Assembly (NCBI RefSeq): GCF_009914755.1
Contig: NC_060925.1
DNA: 64,000 bases
Direction: 5' to 3' (one strand)
Source of the DNA: the human T2T-CHM13v2.0 reference genome, Homo sapiens
A program made the translations under genes and the position numbers. The notes under the pieces were generated by a model. That model did no database searches and was not told the origin of the DNA. It saw nothing but the letters and a program-made list of their open reading frames with translations. The first letter of the stretch is position 1. Every line of letters starts with the position of its first letter. Positions 54,171 to 64,000 of the stretch are shown here, piece after piece.

Positions 54171-55277
54171 CTTAATTGGTATGAACCGGTGGAGCAGTTT
54201 TTCATATAATTTTAGATAATTAGACAAAATATGTTTCAAAAGAAGAAAATTCATTGTGAAGTGATGGCACTTTTGATTCTTCCTTTAAAGAAGAAGCCAA
54301 ATCTGATATTATATTTTACTTTTCCAGGTGAACACTAAACTGGGTTTGGGGCAAGATGACTCTGGTAGAAGCAGTATGTCGTAAGGGTTGATGGAAATAC
54401 ACATTTAGTAAGCCAAACTGTAACCCTCTCTATAATAGCACTCAGATACCAGAAGGAAGTCTGCCAAAGCTGGGTAGCCTTTTTGCAAGTTTGATAGTTG
54501 GTTTCATAATCTGATAGGGACTAATTTTACACCTTGCAAACTGGATGGGGATTATGAAATAACTGTGCTAAGGCTGTTTCAGAATCTCATTTGCCTGTGG
54601 CTGGATAGAGAATCATTTAGACAAAACTATCTCAAACTTCTTTCAAATGAGTGTCAACACACTTTGAAAGAAGCCTATTTAGTAATTAATGATTAATACC
54701 TTATTTCAGTTGGTGTGAAGAAAGAGCCTTTCAGAGGCTTGTAATGTTGACTACTTGGCTTTGACTAGGATAGCCACCCTGTCAATCTGTTTACTTATTA
54801 TACTGTCTCCCAAAAATGTGGGCTTTGTCTAGTAAACTAAACTAAACTAAACTATCAGCAAAGAATCAAAGTAGATACATCATTTGAAAATGAGTAGATT
54901 TCTGTATATGGGCAGGAACAGTGATAAGAAAGAAATGTACAAAAGATATGTAGATGCTATGTGTTTTAGAGTTAATTTTATTTTATTGTCAAAAGATGGG
55001 CTGACATCTATACTTTGAACAGTTCCCTGCCCCACCCCCAACATTTTTGGTATTCAAGACCTGTTTGCAGTAATGGAGGTCCCCAGTGAATGTTGAATGG
55101 GAAATGGGAGCCTGAGGTATGTGAAAGGAAATGAGTGAGAACATAAAGGAAAATCCTGGTGCTAAACTCCTTAGGGATGGAAGAGGGACTGGCTTTACTA
55201 AAAGCGACTCTGGTTTTACCTCCAGTGGCTTGTAGCCAATACTACCCATCTCCCATCCAAAAATACCCCAAAAGCCT

Positions 55278-55586
<309 letters not shown>

Positions 55587-55819
55587 CAACCCATGAGATA
55601 CCAAAAGAGGAGCCATTCCAGCAGCAAGCAGCCTTTCCCCTCTAAACTTCAGGTTTGAGATGTCAGTTGCCCATTTCAAGGCATGGGGAGTAACTAGAGG
55701 CTTCTGCCCACAATCAGCCTATGTCTAACCTAGAGACTTAGAATTACAGAATTTTGATCTAGAAGGGAACTTAACATGAGGAAATTTGAAGTCTAGAAAG
55801 ATCAACTTGACAGCAGCCG

Positions 55820-62197
<6,378 letters not shown>

Positions 62198-64000
62198 GAT
62201 CAACTTGCCTATGGTCACACAGTTTGAATTATCATATCTGCTGATTCCTAGCTCAGTGCCCTTTCCACAGGAAATATTGCAGCTCCATCTTGTGTACTTG
62301 AAATGATTTGATGCCAGAAGACACAGCTTTGATAGATCAGTCCATAAGAAAGGTGCTTGTTGGTGGTGGTGGGGCAAGGGACTAATTGGCAGGCTTGGTC
62401 ATATCCTTGAATGTGGATACTTAAATAGTGGGCCAGTTCTACAGCTGAAGAATCTGAAAAAGGGATAGGCTAGCATAAGGAATGAGAAACCAACTTCTTA
62501 CAGAGAAATCTTTCTGAAGCTTTCTATTAACATTTATACTAATAGGCATTTCTAACATTTTTGATATCTTTTCATAATCTCATATACAGTCCAATGGATA
62601 GCATTCACTATATGCCTTATTTATAATTCTGCAGGAGCTGTCACTAAGATGTTGAATATATTTCATTTCCTGAAGCCCATTCAAAGCTTGACCTTTTCCA
62701 AGATTCCAATCAAGGAGCATAGCTGTATGAACTAAATCTATGTACTTTGAATTTAGTCCCATTCCTAACAAGTGGCGTTTGTTTCATTTGGACAGTCACC
62801 AGTCATTCTAGCAAGTTTTAGGTCCCACTGGCCTCTTGAAACCAGAATCCCTTAGATACTTGTTTTAACTGTGGACAGAAGATGTTGTAACTACTCAGGG
62901 AATTCTTTAATATTTAGTATCATAATTGACTTGTGTGCCACTTTTCATGTGAAATTGAGTGACTGTACCTCAAAACTGAATAGAGAATTTATTCACGACT
63001 AAATTTTCTTGGTTTTTTAAGCTTCATTTTCAGGAAATGCTTTTAGCTTTCTATTTGGCCTAAACTTTGTTGTATGTTTCCATTAAAATTTTTTAATTTA
63101 TGGAAAAGATATAATAAATAATATTTACTTGATTTTAACTTCTTGGTGCAATTTAAATAAATAATCTGATGATGAAGCCAAATGTATAACTCCATCTCTG
63201 CCCTCTAAACTTTTGTTACAGAACTAATGGGAAGTTGTTGGAATCAAGAAATGATTAGCTTAATCTTTAATCTTTGGTTAAAGATTACCATTTGGTTTGA
63301 TTTAAATACTTACGTATGTAACAACATTTTGTTTGATTTAAATACTTATGAAGTTGGAATTTGTTTTTTCAAAAATGTCTCGGTGTTTGTAAATTAGTGT
63401 TGTTGATTCTATAGGAATGAACATTTCATTTAAATATGTAAAGGACTTGAGTAAAATGCAAAATTTATGTAGTTAGAAAACAGATTTGATTCTTGACTAA
63501 ACCATTTGTCTTCATTTTTGGCATGACCTCTTTATTTTCAAAGTACTGGCCTAGTCAGCCTTTCTTATATTTTAGATAATTCCATGAAATTGGAAATTCA
63601 TTAATGTTGGAGCCACTTCTTAAGTACCTGACAGCTACATTTCAAAGAATTATTTATCTTTTGTATAGCAACGTGTCAAACCCTAAGTCATCATCTAGGT
63701 TCTTAAATTCTCTTTTGAATCTGTTCCACACACCAAATACCAAACCTAATTCTGTCTTGCAACTATAACTCAGTGCTCATTCAGCTGCCTCCTTGGTTTA
63801 TTGATTCCACATTCAGAGCCTTTGCTGCAGTCCAGCTCTTCTGCCTAGAGCAGAACATTTCCAGATGGTTCTGAAATTCCAAACTTTTCCTTCATCTGTC
63901 ATTCCACTGGACCATAAGTAGAAGCTGTAAACAAGTTCAATTCATTACTTACTAGAGCAAATGGTTCCCTGACAAAAGCATGCATTACTGCAGTGTTGTT

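Overview
Human (hominid) genomic DNA holding the 3' part of TDRD5, a germline piRNA-pathway LOTUS/Tudor gene, on the + strand. Nine GT-AG coding exons splice in frame. They encode the extended Tudor domain, a 54-aa symmetric cassette exon, a low-complexity C-terminal region and the last exon (stop at 52697-52699) with its 3'UTR. The rest is mostly transposon sequence: three full-length L1s (L1PB1-like, L1PA5-like, L1PA7-like), a 5'-truncated L1PA2-like copy, older L1M, about 20 Alus (one AluYa5), a MER4-type solo LTR and DNA-transposon fossils. Main findings: (1) a ~916-bp near-perfect palindrome in the last intron, made by inverted duplication of an Alu plus flanks, with a readable serial template-switch scar in its spacer; (2) a separate ~470-bp inversion nearby that split an AluJ; (3) a canonical RNA G-quadruplex motif starting right after the TDRD5 stop codon, a possible autoregulatory site for its LOTUS domains; (4) an antisense L1 whose ORF0 could splice in frame onto the TDRD5 last exon; (5) an L1 with an apparent serial 3' transduction. 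Repeat subfamily names and gene identity come from recognition, not database searches.
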